Positions 53,751 to 64,000 of a DNA stretch of 64,000 nt are shown one piece after another. Numbering within the stretch: position 1 is the stretch's first letter; the number at the start of each line of letters is the position of its first letter. The stretch comes from Bdellovibrionota bacterium (GTDB lineage Bacteria; Bdellovibrionota_C; UBA2361; OMII01). The notes below the pieces were generated by a model, which searched no databases, was not told the origin of the DNA, and worked only from the letters and a program-made list of their open reading frames with translations. Location: assembly GCA_044351885.1 (NCBI GenBank), contig JBILEW010000004.1, positions 10,155-74,154 on the forward strand. The letters run 5' to 3'. The position numbers and the translations under genes were made by a program.

Positions 53751-55196
53751 TCACCCGGCTGACATCTTTCGTGTCCTGGGAACCTTTGCAGCCACACGAC
53801 GAGCCTCTATGGCATCTCCGATCTCCGCAGCGAGTCCAGGAGAAGCCGAGAATAGCTCTCGAATCTCAGCGCTATCGAACACCATCACCTTCAGATCTTC
53901 CTCGGCGACGATCTCCAGGTCGTTGACCCCCACTCCTGTAGTCATATGCTCACCAAAGCACTCTCCCGGTCCTATCTCACCGATCTGCACCTTGTGACCG
54001 TCTTGGCTGGTGGCGATAAGGTTCGCCTGACCGAGTAAGATCAGGGCAAACCCCTTGAATCGAGTACCAGAGCGCTGAATGAATTCGCCCTTGGCATAGT
54101 CGATAATCAGAGGCTGCTTTGAGCTGTCTGCTTTGAGAGCTGCTTTGAAGCGTGGATACTCTCGGAGCCATTCTTGAGGCGGTCGCTGCGGAGCCCCAGG
54201 ATTCTCACCAGGGCTGTACTCCATGGTAATTGGAAAGGGGATCGTCAACCCTTCTCGTCGCGCGACATACCAAAGACAGGTCATGATTCGATCGCGCGTT
54301 GCTGCAAGCTCCTCTTGGCGTGCGACTGAAAAACTAACCTTGTACGAGATGGAATAGTCCGAGTACTCCGCCGTGCGAACCACTGGCGCAGGATCAGCGA
54401 GTACACCGGGCGTTGTCGATACCAGCGACTGGAGTATTCTCTTCACACGATTCGGAGCATCGTCGTAGCTGAATCCGATCTGAAAGCTTTCGGTGCGGAC
54501 ATCTGTTGGGCGAGAGAGATTACTGAAGGCTCCTTTGTACAAGCGCACGTTCGGGACGATACGCAGCTCTCGTGTCGGGGTCTGAATATGGACCGAGCGC
54601 CAATTAATCTCTATTACCTTCCCCGTAACCCCCTCGGCTGAGATCCAATCTCCCACCTTGAGGGGGCGTTCGAAGAGCAACATCAATCCAGACACGATGT
54701 TTCCGAGCGGCTCCTGTAGCGCTAAGCCGATAACAACCGAACCAACGCCCAGCGCCGTGAGAGCGCCTCGGATCTCGCGGCCCCAGACGCTTGAGTAGAT
54801 TATCATGGCTCCAATAGCAACGACGCCGACACGGAGTAGATCGGCGAAGAGCTTTGGAACTCGCTCTCTCCACGAATTGTCTCCTGTCGAGGTAAAAACC
54901 AGGTCGTTTACAGCGCCGAGGGTCGTATAGAGCAATACTATCCAGAAAACACTGGCGATCACTCGAGCACTGGTGTCGTCCTGAGGCAGCTCGAGAATAA
55001 ACCGTACGAAGATAAAAAGTGCCAAGGCGGGGAGTAGTAAATTCCGAACCGTCTTCAATGTGTGTGCTAAGACGCTCCCCTTACGCTGAAGCAGGGCTAC
55101 TACCTCATTCAAAAGAAGTAGAGCTATGGGAAATCCTACAGCAAGGTAAAAGGCCGGCCAGAAGTTCGGAAGGTTGAGAGCGAGCGTGTCGAACAT
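53751..55196 (-). CDS. MscS-family mechanosensitive channel with C-terminal cNMP-binding domain
   Basis: LQEPLGNIVSGLMLLFERPLKVGDWI (MscS pore/beta domain). C-terminal ...GPGECFGEHMT...LKVMVFD is cNMP-binding-like. Confidence 0.8.
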   Translation of the reverse strand: MFDTLALNLPNFWPAFYLAVGFPIALLLLNEVVALLQRKGSVLAHTLKTVRNLLLPALALFIFVRFILELPQDDTSARVIASVFWIVLLYTTLGAVNDLVFTSTGDNSWRERVPKLFADLLRVGVVAIGAMIIYSSVWGREIRGALTALGVGSVVIGLALQEPLGNIVSGLMLLFERPLKVGDWISAEGVTGKVIEINWRSVHIQTPTRELRIVPNVRLYKGAFSNLSRPTDVRTESFQIGFSYDDAPNRVKRILQSLVSTTPGVLADPAPVVRTAEYSDYSISYKVSFSVARQEELAATRDRIMTCLWYVARREGLTIPFPITMEYSPGENPGAPQRPPQEWLREYPRFKAALKADSSKQPLIIDYAKGEFIQRSGTRFKGFALILLGQANLIATSQDGHKVQIGEIGPGECFGEHMTTGVGVNDLEIVAEEDLKVMVFDSAEIRELFSASPGLAAEIGDAIEARRVAAKVPRTRKMSAG

Positions 55197-55233
55197 AGAG
55201 TCCTATTTCGTGTGCGGGAAATCTACGACTTTC

Positions 55234-57342
55234 CTATACCGCTATCTGCCAAACTTCGAGAGAAGGCCTACCGTCGAGGTCGACCTGGAGGGGGCCGGAG
55301 AACGAGAACTGCTCCCCCATTCGCTCGCGCACATTCGCGGTGACGCGAATCACTCCACCTTTCCCAGAGGTCAACTTTTTCGCAATTGTTACGGTATCTC
55401 CCCACAGGTCATAGAGAAACTTCCTGCGACCGACAACGCCGCCTACTACTGGGCCTGAATTGATGCCGATGGCGATGCCGAGCGCCACCTGGTGCTCCCT
55501 GTTGAAGATCTCTAATATTCGCGCCATTTCTTCCGCAAAGAGAATCGTTCTGCGAGCGTGATCGGGGCGGGTGATAGAGAGTCCGCATACGGCGAGATAT
55601 GAGCCGCCGATGGTTCGGACCTTTTCGATCCCGAATTTATCTGCCGCCTCGTCGAAAGCCGCGATAAGGTCCGCAAGTAATCCTAAGGCTTTCTCCTCGC
55701 CCAATCTTGTACCGATTTCCTCCATGCCCATCATTTCAGAGAAGAGGACTGTGACATCGGTAAATTGACGACTTGCGCGCTCATCGCCTCCTTGGCGCTG
55801 TGCAATCGCTGAAGCAGGCAAGATATTGAGAAGCAGCTCCTGATTCTCGCGCGATCGCGCTTCGAGCTCCTCCGTTTGAGACTTTATGCTTGCACACATC
55901 GAATTGAACACCTGAGCGAGATTGCCGAATTCGTCCCGAGATGAAATCTCTACCTTGACGTTAGTCTCCCCGGCCCCGAGCCTTCTGGCGCCGTCCGCAA
56001 GTGCTCGTAAAGGACGGGTGAGAAAGTGGCTCGACAGAAGTGCTAGCAGGCTTACCACGAGCGTAATCGCGCTCGATGCGATCAGCACCTTGCGACCGAA
56101 TTCACGAATTGGAGCGTTGGCTTCAGTTTCGTCCATCTCTGCGATGACTGCCCACCGGAGTGAATCCAACTCTATTGGGCCGTAGGCACTCAGTACCGGT
56201 TTAGCCCTGTAATCGATAACAGTAGTAATACCCTCTCGGCCGCGCAGTGCTTCGTCTACGCTTGCCGTATTCACAGTCAGGGCATTCATGACAGTGCCTT
56301 GGCGCTCAATCCGGTCGACGATCTTGGTGCTCGTCCCACTTTCTCGCAGGGTCTGGATGAACGCCTGCGAATCCTCGTACATAAAGCGTGAGCGGCTACG
56401 CATCGTTTTGTCCGGTCCTACGACGTAGCTCTCTCCCGTCGTCCCCATGCCTTCCTGCTGCCAGTTATAGTTACCGGAGAGAACTTTGTTGAAGTTTTCA
56501 ATCGGGAACTGCAATACGAGGATCCCGATCATTTGCCCTTCGTCGAATATGGGGCTCATGGCAAAGCCCATGGGGCTTCCCAGAGAGGGGCGATACGGCT
56601 CGAAATCGGCGATCTTGAAATCATCTCTATCTCGGGCAGATCGAAGGATTCGCGCGCGATCCCCGAGGTTCGTGTGTGCATAGGGCCCGGACTCCAGGCT
56701 CGTGCCGAATTCGGTCGTCTTTTGATATGAGTACACGATCTGAAGAGAATCCGCATCGACGAGCATGAGGTCTTCGAAGCCGAATATCTTTACCGCCCGG
56801 GAGAAAAATTTGTGTAGTCGTGCGTGGGCTTGGCCGTACGAAGATGTGTCGGTCGGAGAGATCTCCAAGCCCTGCTTCTTCATGTATTCGAGCGGATTTG
56901 CCGCTATGTAATGATACTGCAGATAACGGGCTGCCGAGCTTGCTGGCAGGAAGCTTTCTAAAACAGGCGCTCCCTCTAGGTGCTTAGCTAGACGAGGAAG
57001 AAACTCATCTCGATAAAAACTCTCTAGCTTCTCTTCTTCGCTTGCACTGAGCTTCTTCGCGGAGAGGTCGTGAAAGGCCTCACGGAATGCCCGCATGCCT
57101 TCGATAGCGGCGCGGCTGTCAGACATCGAAATGACCTGATCGCGCAGAGAATCGAGCATCGCCTTGAGAGTCGTGGTTTTTGCAACACGTACCCCTTTGA
57201 GATGGTCTTCGATGGATCGGGTCAATGCGGCTTTGGCTGAGGTGTAACCGATGACAGCCATGACAGCCACTGACACCAAGCTCACGGTAAGCAGTAAGAG
57301 GATCATTTTCGATTGGATGCTCAATCGGTTCAGTACCAGCAT
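55234..57342 (-). CDS. class III adenylate/guanylate cyclase with periplasmic Cache-like sensor and HAMP
   Basis: TM - about 280-aa periplasmic domain - TM - HAMP (RPLRALADGARRL...FGNLAQVFNSM) - cyclase (VTVLFSEMMG, KVRTIGGSYLAVCG, GDTVTIAKKL). I moved the start to ATG 57342. Confidence 0.85.
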   Translation of the reverse strand: MLVLNRLSIQSKMILLLLTVSLVSVAVMAVIGYTSAKAALTRSIEDHLKGVRVAKTTTLKAMLDSLRDQVISMSDSRAAIEGMRAFREAFHDLSAKKLSASEEEKLESFYRDEFLPRLAKHLEGAPVLESFLPASSAARYLQYHYIAANPLEYMKKQGLEISPTDTSSYGQAHARLHKFFSRAVKIFGFEDLMLVDADSLQIVYSYQKTTEFGTSLESGPYAHTNLGDRARILRSARDRDDFKIADFEPYRPSLGSPMGFAMSPIFDEGQMIGILVLQFPIENFNKVLSGNYNWQQEGMGTTGESYVVGPDKTMRSRSRFMYEDSQAFIQTLRESGTSTKIVDRIERQGTVMNALTVNTASVDEALRGREGITTVIDYRAKPVLSAYGPIELDSLRWAVIAEMDETEANAPIREFGRKVLIASSAITLVVSLLALLSSHFLTRPLRALADGARRLGAGETNVKVEISSRDEFGNLAQVFNSMCASIKSQTEELEARSRENQELLLNILPASAIAQRQGGDERASRQFTDVTVLFSEMMGMEEIGTRLGEEKALGLLADLIAAFDEAADKFGIEKVRTIGGSYLAVCGLSITRPDHARRTILFAEEMARILEIFNREHQVALGIAIGINSGPVVGGVVGRRKFLYDLWGDTVTIAKKLTSGKGGVIRVTANVRERMGEQFSFSGPLQVDLDGRPSLEVWQIAV

Positions 57343-57543
57343 AATTTCCCCATGAGTAAAGGAGCGGCAGCAGGATACCCTTTTGATTGGCGGGCTTAAA
57401 CCCCTAGGTGCTCGATCTTGGCAAGCGGTGGCGCGTTTTTGTGGGAAATTCCCCGTCAAACAAGGGCTCTCAGAAGGCCGTATTGGTTTCGGATGACGGT
57501 AATCTTCGTTTTTGAAACGAGGCCAAGTATGGTAAGAATCTAG

Positions 57544-58947
<1,404 letters not shown>

Positions 58948-58962
58948 GGGAGGACGCATTCT

Positions 58963-59415
58963 ATGAAAAAGATTCTTGCCACCGTTATTTTTCTGCTCAG
59001 CGCTGAGTCCCTGTATGCCGAGGAGGTGTGGCTCCAGGTCAAGGAATCATTGCTTCGAGCAGAGCCGAGGTTTTATGCGCGTACTGTTGCGCCGGTGCGG
59101 TACGGAGACCGTCTTCAGGCAGTGTCGAAAGACGGAGGATGGGTCAAGGTGCAGCTCAAAACTGCGCAGGGGTATCTTCCCGGGGCCTCGGTCTCCCCAA
59201 AAAGGATCGTACTTTCCGGCGCTCGGGCGGTATCTGTCGAGGCGGATGCTGCCGATGTCGTTCTTGCAGGTAAGGGGTTTGGTAAGGAGATCGAGGAGCA
59301 GTATCGACGCAGTGGGGCTGGACTAAGGTACGATCTCGTCGATCTCGTCGAGAGATCGAGCACGGTTACCCCAGGAGATGTCGCTCAGTTCGCCAAGAAA
59401 GGAGGTCTGAAATGA
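58963..59415 (+). CDS. secreted SH3b-domain protein
   Basis: Signal peptide. LRAEPRFYARTVAPVRYGDRLQAVSKDGGWVKVQL is a bacterial SH3 pattern. Confidence 0.6.
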   Translation: MKKILATVIFLLSAESLYAEEVWLQVKESLLRAEPRFYARTVAPVRYGDRLQAVSKDGGWVKVQLKTAQGYLPGASVSPKRIVLSGARAVSVEADAADVVLAGKGFGKEIEEQYRRSGAGLRYDLVDLVERSSTVTPGDVAQFAKKGGLK

Positions 59416-60359
59416 GAGATGTTCCAGCATATCGAGTGAGTTTTTGTGGGATGAGCGCTCTGGTTCTCCTTCTCGGAGGAGTCTTTGTCCTGACAGGGTG
59501 TGCCAATCAGTCTTTCAAGCAGGTCGGCGCCTCGATACTTTCATCGACTGGAATCGTCAGCTCCACTCAGGCTGAAGGGCTTCTGGGGGCTGGCGCAAAT
59601 CTCGTCGAATCGCAGCAATCGCTCACTGCAGAGCAGGAGTATTATCTCGGTAGAGCTGTTTCTGCCAATCTCCTCGAGACGTACAAGCCCGTGACCAAAA
59701 GCGGCACGATGAAGTATCTCAATCAGGTCGGTATGACGATCGCCAGTGTCTCGGATCTTCCAGAGACGTTCGGCGGGTATCACTTTGCACTAGTTGAGTC
59801 CGACCAGATTAATGCGTTTGCCGCTCCAGGTGGGTTCATTTATGTATCGACCGGATTTGTGCGCAGATTGCCAGATGAAGATTCTTTGGCAGCGGTCCTC
59901 GCCCACGAAGTAGCGCACGTAAATTTTAAGCACGGTGTCTCCGCTATTTCGAATGCAAAGCTCTTTTCTGCTTTGGGAGAGTTCACGAAACAGGGCGCTT
60001 CGATCGCTGGCTCTCGCGTAGGCGCGCCCGTGGAGCTTGCATCGCTCACCAACATGCTTGCTGAGAGCGCTACAGGAGTTACAGACAAGCTCTTACGTTC
60101 GGGATTCGACCGGAGTCAGGAGTATCAAGCCGACCTCTATGCAGCGCAGTTGCTGGAGCGGGCGGGATATGATCCGAACGCCTTGGTAAGAGTTTTGAAG
60201 ATCCTGCAGGAGAGTCAGGCAGACGATGCCCAAGGGTGGTATGCTACCCATCCGGCACCTAAGAAGCGTATCTCTGAGCTGGAGGATGAATTCGATTTTA
60301 CCCCTCCGCGAGAGGGGCATCCCGAGCGGAAGGCGCGCTTTACACGCACGATGAAGTAG
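59412..60359 (+). CDS. M48-family zinc metalloprotease lipoprotein
   Basis: Lipobox VLTGC, HEVAHVNFKH (HExxH) and QEYQADLYAAQLLERAGYDP. ATGA overlap with the upstream gene. Confidence 0.8.
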   Translation: MRDVPAYRVSFCGMSALVLLLGGVFVLTGCANQSFKQVGASILSSTGIVSSTQAEGLLGAGANLVESQQSLTAEQEYYLGRAVSANLLETYKPVTKSGTMKYLNQVGMTIASVSDLPETFGGYHFALVESDQINAFAAPGGFIYVSTGFVRRLPDEDSLAAVLAHEVAHVNFKHGVSAISNAKLFSALGEFTKQGASIAGSRVGAPVELASLTNMLAESATGVTDKLLRSGFDRSQEYQADLYAAQLLERAGYDPNALVRVLKILQESQADDAQGWYATHPAPKKRISELEDEFDFTPPREGHPERKARFTRTMK

Positions 60360-60368
60360 CGTTGCACT

Positions 60369-62480
60369 GTGATGCAGTCGAATGCGGTCACCTCTAGACG
60401 TCATGTGTTCGTCCCCGCTTTGGTGGCGAGTGTGGTAATTGCTATCGGACTGTCTTTCGGGTTCCTTGGAGATATCGAGAATCAATCCTGGGACTGGAGG
60501 GTTCGAGTAGCTGCGCGGGGAGATCGGCACGATCCAGCAGTCAAGATCCTCATGATCGACCAAACATCGATCGACTACTTTGCCGAAAACTTTAAGGTGT
60601 CCTGGCCGTGGCCGCGCTCTATGTACGCGCCCGTAGTGCAATTTCTTGCGAAGGCCGGTGCCAAGGGAGTGGCGTTCGACATGCTTTTCACTGAGCCTGG
60701 GAGTAACGAAGGCGACGACGAGGAGTTCGCGCGTGCACTCGACGAGGTAAGAACGACACTACCGGTCGTCAGTGCTCTGGCAATCCGCACGTCGGAGACG
60801 AGGGTACAACAGCAGGAAGTCGACTTCCTCCGTCAGCTTCGTAGCAACGAGGAGAGTACCGCTTTGGCTCAGGGGCTCGGAAATCGAGCCCCCGTCTACA
60901 AAGATGCCGTTGCGCCGATAGAAAGCATTCTGCGGGCGAGCGCAGCTGTGGGGAACACGCAGGCAGAGCCGGATGCCGACAAAATATTCCGTCACATCGG
61001 TGTGGGTGTTTACGTTGGCGCTACCCCTATTCTTAACCTTCCTTTTGCTCTCTTTCATAAGGTTCATCCAACGGCCTTTCCATGGAAAGAAACGGCGGAG
61101 AAAGCGGATGGATCGGGAAGGCTGTTGGTAAACTTTCATGGTCCAGCGCGCACCTACGAGTGGTACTCAATTCATGCCGTAATCGCGAGCTGGGTACAGA
61201 TGAGCGAGGGACGTGCTCCTGATGTTCCTCTCGAAGCCTTTAAGGATGCTTACGTATTCGTTGGAGCGAGCGCGCCGGCATTGCTGGACTTCAGGCCCGT
61301 ACCCTTTCCGGGAGTCTATCCGGGAGTGGAGTTCAATGCGACCGTTCTAGACAACCTCATGCACGGATCTTTTTATAGAAAGCTTCCGATTTGGATCGCC
61401 GTCGTGCTTGGCATAGCGATGGTAGTCGGAACGATGCTCATAACGCTCTTGTTTTCGACGCACCAGGTGTCCCTTCTTTTTTTGTGGAGTATGTTGTGGA
61501 TAGTCGGCTGTTTCGGTGCAGCGTTCATCGGTTGGTGGGTCCCGATGGTGGTGCCTCTTCTCGGTATGGTCCTCGTCGCTCTAGGGACAGTGGTGATTCA
61601 GTATCAATTCGAGGGGCGACAACACAGGTTTATTAGGAATGCATTTTCTCGGTATGTTGCTCCTGAGGTGATTCAATCGATAGTAAATTCTCCGTCGAAG
61701 CTGGCTCTTGGTGGCGAGAAGCGGGAGCTTACTATTCTGTTCTCGGACATCGAGGGCTTCACGCGGATCTCCGAGAAACTTTCTCCGGCGGACCTGGTGA
61801 AATTTCTCAACCTCTTTCTCTCGGAGATGACGACAATCATCCTGGGATTCGGTGGAACACTGGACAAGTATCAAGGAGACGCCATAATCGCCTTCTGGAA
61901 CGCACCTTTACCGGTGGCGGATCATCGGCGACGTGCCGTAGAGGCATCCTGCATGTGTCAAAGGCGTCTGCGTGAGTTGGCGCCTCAGTTCGAGCGAGAG
62001 TTTGGGGTTCAGGTACGGATGAGGGTGGGACTCCACACGGGGCAGGTTACCGTGGGAAACTTCGGTTCTTCCACCCGCTTCAACTACACAATCATCGGTG
62101 ATGCGGCGAATTTGGCCTCGCGTCTCGAGGGTGTGAACAAGGTCTTCGGTAGCAGCGTAATGGTGTCAGCGGCAACGAGAGAGTCGCTTGACCAGGGGGT
62201 CGTGTGGAGGACTCTCGGAGAGATTCGTGTCGTCGGACGCGAGGAGACCGTGGTAGCATACGAGCCACTCGACGAAACGCACGACGCGACTATCGTGGAG
62301 AGCTTGTCGGTTTACGAAGATGCTCGGCGAAGTTTCGAACAGCAAGATCTCGATAAAGCAGAGGCACTCTTTTCGAAGCTTTCGGGAGATCCGGTCAGTC
62401 GAGCGTATCTTTCGAGAATTCAGGGCTACAGGCGGAATGGCGGCTCGTTCACGCACATCTGGAATTTGACGGAGAAGTAA
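60369..62480 (+). CDS. CHASE2-sensor class III adenylate/guanylate cyclase
   Basis: An N-terminal ~330-aa extracytoplasmic domain is followed by three TM helices, the CHASE2 layout. Cyclase motifs LTILFSDIEGFT, KYQGDAIIAFWNAP and GDAANLASRLE. Confidence 0.8.
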   Translation: MMQSNAVTSRRHVFVPALVASVVIAIGLSFGFLGDIENQSWDWRVRVAARGDRHDPAVKILMIDQTSIDYFAENFKVSWPWPRSMYAPVVQFLAKAGAKGVAFDMLFTEPGSNEGDDEEFARALDEVRTTLPVVSALAIRTSETRVQQQEVDFLRQLRSNEESTALAQGLGNRAPVYKDAVAPIESILRASAAVGNTQAEPDADKIFRHIGVGVYVGATPILNLPFALFHKVHPTAFPWKETAEKADGSGRLLVNFHGPARTYEWYSIHAVIASWVQMSEGRAPDVPLEAFKDAYVFVGASAPALLDFRPVPFPGVYPGVEFNATVLDNLMHGSFYRKLPIWIAVVLGIAMVVGTMLITLLFSTHQVSLLFLWSMLWIVGCFGAAFIGWWVPMVVPLLGMVLVALGTVVIQYQFEGRQHRFIRNAFSRYVAPEVIQSIVNSPSKLALGGEKRELTILFSDIEGFTRISEKLSPADLVKFLNLFLSEMTTIILGFGGTLDKYQGDAIIAFWNAPLPVADHRRRAVEASCMCQRRLRELAPQFEREFGVQVRMRVGLHTGQVTVGNFGSSTRFNYTIIGDAANLASRLEGVNKVFGSSVMVSAATRESLDQGVVWRTLGEIRVVGREETVVAYEPLDETHDATIVESLSVYEDARRSFEQQDLDKAEALFSKLSGDPVSRAYLSRIQGYRRNGGSFTHIWNLTEK

Positions 62481-62485
62481 TCGCT

Positions 62486-63202
62486 ATGAGTATGAAAGTA
62501 GTATCGGCAAAGGGAGATCTGGAAGCGGCGTTTGACAAGGCAGCCAAAGCCATATTCGCGGCGTGTGAGAGGGTCCCTCATGGTAACGAGCCGGTCATTG
62601 CACTGTGTGGGGGTAGAAGTGTGGTCGGTTTGCTCGGTGCCCTCAAGCGCGAGTCGGCTCATCAGCCTGCCGGACTCATGCAGCGTGTACACTTCTTCAT
62701 GGCAGATGAGCGCCTCGTCCCCCTGAGTGACGAGAACAGTAACTATGGAGCTCTCCACAGGTTGTTGTTCGCAGACTTAGTTAAAGATGGAACAATTCGA
62801 GCAGAGCAGCTTCATCCTTTGAATCCTGATCCGCGTGAAAGCGATCACGGCTGCGCGGCGTATGCAGATGAGCTCGGGCGCTTTGGTGGGAAATTTACGG
62901 TCGTGGTACTCGGGATAGGAGAGGATGGCCATGTTGCGGGACTTTTCCCCAATCATCCTGTTTTGCAGCGGCGAGAGAAAACATTCTTTTCGTTTTATGA
63001 TTCTCCGAAGCCGCCTCCGCAACGTATGACAGCGAGTGCGCAGCTCATCCGTGAGGCAGAGCTGTGTGTATTGTTAGCGCTAGGAGAGGGTAAGCGCGAG
63101 GCATGGACTCGCTTTTCGAAAGCAGAGACTTCCTTCGAGGAGTGCCCGAGTGTGATAGGAAAAGAGGTAAAGGAAAGTGTCGTAGTTACCGACCTCAATT
63201 GA
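62486..63202 (+). CDS. pgl: 6-phosphogluconolactonase
   Basis: ALCGGRSV, FFMADERLVP and VLGIGEDGHVAGLFPNHP. Confidence 0.8.
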   Translation: MSMKVVSAKGDLEAAFDKAAKAIFAACERVPHGNEPVIALCGGRSVVGLLGALKRESAHQPAGLMQRVHFFMADERLVPLSDENSNYGALHRLLFADLVKDGTIRAEQLHPLNPDPRESDHGCAAYADELGRFGGKFTVVVLGIGEDGHVAGLFPNHPVLQRREKTFFSFYDSPKPPPQRMTASAQLIREAELCVLLALGEGKREAWTRFSKAETSFEECPSVIGKEVKESVVVTDLN

Positions 63203-63332
63203 GGATTCCCCCTCGCCAGAAGATTCAACTCACGATATCCTGAATCTGTACCGATAGTACTAACATCAGAAGAAGTAGGGCTCTTGTAGGTGCGAGGGGT
63301 ATATCACTCTTCCCAGCTCATGGAGGGAGCTT

Positions 63333-64000
63333 TTGAAAGAAGACTTTGCGGTTACGGTTCGCAATCAGTCGCAGGAATCATCGGAACACATCAGTGATGA
63401 GTTAGGTGATTTTTTCCCTCAAATTCCCAATAAATTCAAAAAAAAGAAGAAGAAAAAGGATCGCAGCTCCTTCGGACATGGTGGATTTTCCGAGGACGCA
63501 GAGGAGCGAACAATCGATCTGAAAACTCATAGGAACGTGGATCCGGTGCGCTTCTGCTCACGTTCCGAGGCCATATGCGCCGAATTGCTGCAGAGATTTG
63601 TCCCTCATTTCCAACTCAAGGAGGGTGCTACCTTTCAGGTGGGCATCGGGAAGGACGAACGTGGAAACACTCGCACGGTTGATTTTCTGGTAGACGGAGT
63701 GCTCTTCGAGTACCATCCGGTACGGTTCTTCAAAAACAAGCGGCGCTGCGGTGATTTCCAGAATACCGACGAATATCGCGCTTATACGCGTACTTTCTAT
63801 TCGTTGTCCAACGACAACCGTGATTTTTTTCACTCCGTCATGAAAGCGCGGCTCGCCGAGAACTACTTCAGAAAGAGAAGAGCTCTCTTGGACCAACATC
63901 CGATCTTTCGTCGGATGGAGCTGATTGTCGCGACATCGCCTGAGGAGTTCTACTCGTTAGTAATTCGACGATTTGGCAAGAATTATCCAAAGACGGTAGA
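63333..64000 (+). CDS. partial ORF (3' end outside window), hypothetical; possible nuclease-like core
   Basis: This ORF is not in the supplied track because it runs off the window. I translated it by hand from TTG 63333 and the frame stays open to 64000. It contains a poly-Lys run (KFKKKKKKKD) and TVDFLVDGVLFEYH. The antisense ORF 63558-63899 is its shadow. Confidence 0.45.
   Translation, partial: MKEDFAVTVRNQSQESSEHISDELGDFFPQIPNKFKKKKKKKDRSSFGHGGFSEDAEERTIDLKTHRNVDPVRFCSRSEAICAELLQRFVPHFQLKEGATFQVGIGKDERGNTRTVDFLVDGVLFEYHPVRFFKNKRRCGDFQNTDEYRAYTRTFYSLSNDNRDFFHSVMKARLAENYFRKRRALLDQHPIFRRMELIVATSPEEFYSLVIRRFGKNYPKTV

Overview
The window is 64 kb of bacterial chromosome, roughly 50-55% GC by eye and densely coding. 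I found no rRNA, tRNA, CRISPR array, transposase, integrase or prophage genes. The mix of HDOD, CHASE2/CHASE4, Hanks kinase, many cNMP modules, multihaem cytochromes and TTG/GTG starts suggests a delta-proteobacterial, Bdellovibrionota or Oligoflexia-like organism, but that placement is inference only. All calls rest on reading motifs in the supplied ORF translations, because no searches could be run.

Contents in order:
- Helical hypothetical protein.
- RsmB/F-type rRNA m5C methyltransferase.
- Four-gene minor pseudopilin set directly downstream of a short flagellin gene that has a sigma-28-like promoter.
- TerB-like protein.
- Seven-gene multihaem cytochrome cluster at 9.4-23.4 kb. It contains an FAD / 2x cNMP-binding / 4x[4Fe-4S] fusion, a His-rich membrane protein, an FHA-decahaem protein, a tandem GlcG/DUF336 lipoprotein, a probable outer-membrane barrel and a decahaem-LVIVD giant.
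- Thymidine kinase.
- Phosphorelay and Ser/Thr kinase signalling island at 28.4-45.9 kb. It contains a double-CHASE4 hybrid kinase, three CheY-like receivers, a free HPt protein and HDOD proteins, and it encloses an NNMT-like methyltransferase and a 954-aa tandem Orn/DAP/Arg-decarboxylase-fold fusion.
- Housekeeping genes: cls, hslR, nagB, argG and pgl.
- Two class III nucleotidyl cyclases and a cNMP-binding MscS channel.

Most interesting observations:
1. The cytochrome operon, read as a possibly second-messenger-gated and phospho-Thr-gated trans-envelope electron conduit.
2. The decarboxylase pseudo-dimer, whose two halves have lost complementary active-site motifs.
3. A tandem pair of highly structured 83-nt elements at 6855-7036.
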